From a candidate division WOR-3 bacterium (GTDB lineage: Bacteria; Hydrothermota; Hydrothermia; LBFQ01; DSFT01): a DNA stretch of 45,191 nt. The stretch lies in the NCBI GenBank assembly GCA_026986535.1, contig JALSOK010000060.1:1-45191 (forward strand). The letters are read 5' to 3'. The translations under genes and the position numbers were made by a program. Positions 44,587-45,191 of this stretch are shown here, piece after piece. Positions within the stretch are counted from its first letter, which is position 1. Each line of letters begins with the position of its first letter. The notes below the pieces were generated by a model. The model was not told where the DNA came from. It searched no databases and saw only the letters and a list, made by a program, of their open reading frames with translations.

Positions 44587-44599
44587 AAAATTTTAAAGG
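44587..44599 (-). promoter_or_regulatory. -10-like box CCTTTAAAATTTT (minus strand) for tRNA-Ile and mutL
   Basis: 9 nt before the mature tRNA 5' end, the same geometry as tRNA-Val. Confidence 0.6.
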
Positions 44600-44909
44600 A
44601 AACGGGTGGTTTCTTTCAAACGGGATTAGCTCACCTCCTGACAAAAAATTGGACACCGTCTAAGTGGGGTCCATGGAATTGTTCTGGGAGGAGGGAGAGC
44701 AGATGGGAGAAATTGACGAAAAGGATATCCTCTTCTCACTTCTGGCCTGCGGGACATACACTTAGAAATTGCGTAGGGGGAGGCAGTAGAAATGCCGGGG
44801 GAAGGAAATAAGAGTCCCCTGAGCCATAAAGGGGAGGATTCAGAAGAAGGCTCCTGCCAGAGAAATAGAAGAGGGATCTGGTCTTTCACAGGCAATTCAG
44901 CCCATAGTT

Positions 44910-45122
44910 ATGCCTGACCTACCTTTGTTTTTCTGGATTATGCTTTGCTATCTGTTGCTCTGGCTCAAAACCCTGCCAGCCTTTCTTCCCCCGTATGTAT
45001 TCCACAGGTCTTTCTGTGTTGGATATGTCTGGATCTTGTGGATTCCTTTCGTGGTGAAGGGATTTCCCCTTACCACTCGTGTCCAACTTTCTGGATGGAT
45101 TTCAGGGAATAAGCGGGTATAA
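44910..45122 (+). CDS. possible small membrane protein (2 hydrophobic segments)
   Basis: 70 aa. No SD or promoter box directly upstream. Start overlaps the stop of a 41-codon sORF. Weak call. Confidence 0.3.
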   Translation: MPDLPLFFWIMLCYLLLWLKTLPAFLPPYVFHRSFCVGYVWILWIPFVVKGFPLTTRVQLSGWISGNKRV

Positions 45123-45126
45123 AATT
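45118..45126 (+). promoter_or_regulatory. -10-like box TATAAAATT
   Basis: 8 nt before the ATG at 45135. Confidence 0.5.
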
Positions 45127-45134
45127 ACTCAGCC

Positions 45135-45191
45135 ATGAGAGTGGTCAGACGCATCGGGGAAATGCAGGACATTTCGGAAGAGTTCATACGG
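45135..45191 (+). CDS. panC: 5' end of a gene, possibly pantoate--beta-alanine ligase (partial, runs off the window)
   Basis: Only 19 codons are visible (MRVVRRIGEMQDISEEFIR). They resemble the PanC N-terminal pattern MR.I.TI.EM....E. Confidence 0.35.
   Translation, partial: MRVVRRIGEMQDISEEFIR

Noticed and set aside
44790-44905. Possible RNase P RNA (GGAAGGAAAUAAGAGUCCCCUGAGCCAUAAAGGGGA vaguely resembles the GAGGAAAGUCCGGGCUCCAUAGGGCA core, and CACAGGCAAUUCAGCCCAUAG resembles ACAGAA..GGCUUA)
   Set aside because: The P4 pairing cannot be formed between the two segments, and the other conserved regions (GGGUGAAA, UAAGAGC) are absent. The resemblance is probably due to purine richness.

Overview
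This is a gene-dense 45.2-kb bacterial chromosomal window with very short intergenic spacers. The proteins are rich in E/K/R, which looks thermophile-like. One T9SS-type C-terminal sorting domain hints at an FCB-related or candidate lineage; that is an inference, not a demonstrated placement. From left to right the window holds: (1) a stand-alone CRISPR adaptation pair, cas2-cas1, on the minus strand, followed toward the window edge by a promoter-like box and a G-rich, repeat-free non-coding stretch, with a divergent small membrane protein on the other side; (2) a 25-gene translation super-operon, fusA-tuf-S10-spc-secY-adk, that lacks rpsL/rpsG upstream and map/infA/rpmJ/alpha-operon genes downstream; (3) a PASTA-only protein, an orphan BtuF-like binding protein, a TtuA-like PP-loop ATPase fused to rhodanese, tRNA-Arg, a CcmH-like protein and a MoxR ATPase; (4) glyS, two tiny ORFs and an M50 site-2 protease on the minus strand; (5) a T9SS-type secreted protein, a SpoU/TrmH methyltransferase, tRNA-Pro with a GIY-YIG gene remnant, and an RlmI-like methyltransferase; (6) an envelope operon (lipoprotein plus a 959-aa OmpA-family protein with five tandem beta-sandwich domains) and an orphan secreted 529-aa protein; (7) holB, rlmH, an orphan CARF-HEPN (Csx1/Csm6-like) gene, a ROK kinase and a codon-usage-atypical outer-membrane beta-barrel; (8) a hypothetical-nusB-metallophosphoesterase operon, glnA, and tRNA-Val, mutL and tRNA-Ile in tandem on the minus strand; (9) a purine-rich 330-nt region of unknown function and the start of a panC-like gene. 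The most notable observations are these. A CCTTTAAA(A/C)TTT box sits 6-12 nt from the start codons of most operon-first genes, which implies leaderless mRNAs. CRISPR parts are scattered (cas1-cas2 here, csx1 about 34 kb away, and no effector or array visible). EF-Tu has a non-canonical switch-I segment. L3 carries an insertion of about 100 aa. MutL has both endonuclease motifs degenerate and starts 10 nt after a tRNA. Two G/A-rich non-coding stretches lie at the two window edges. No CRISPR array, rRNA or transposase was seen.
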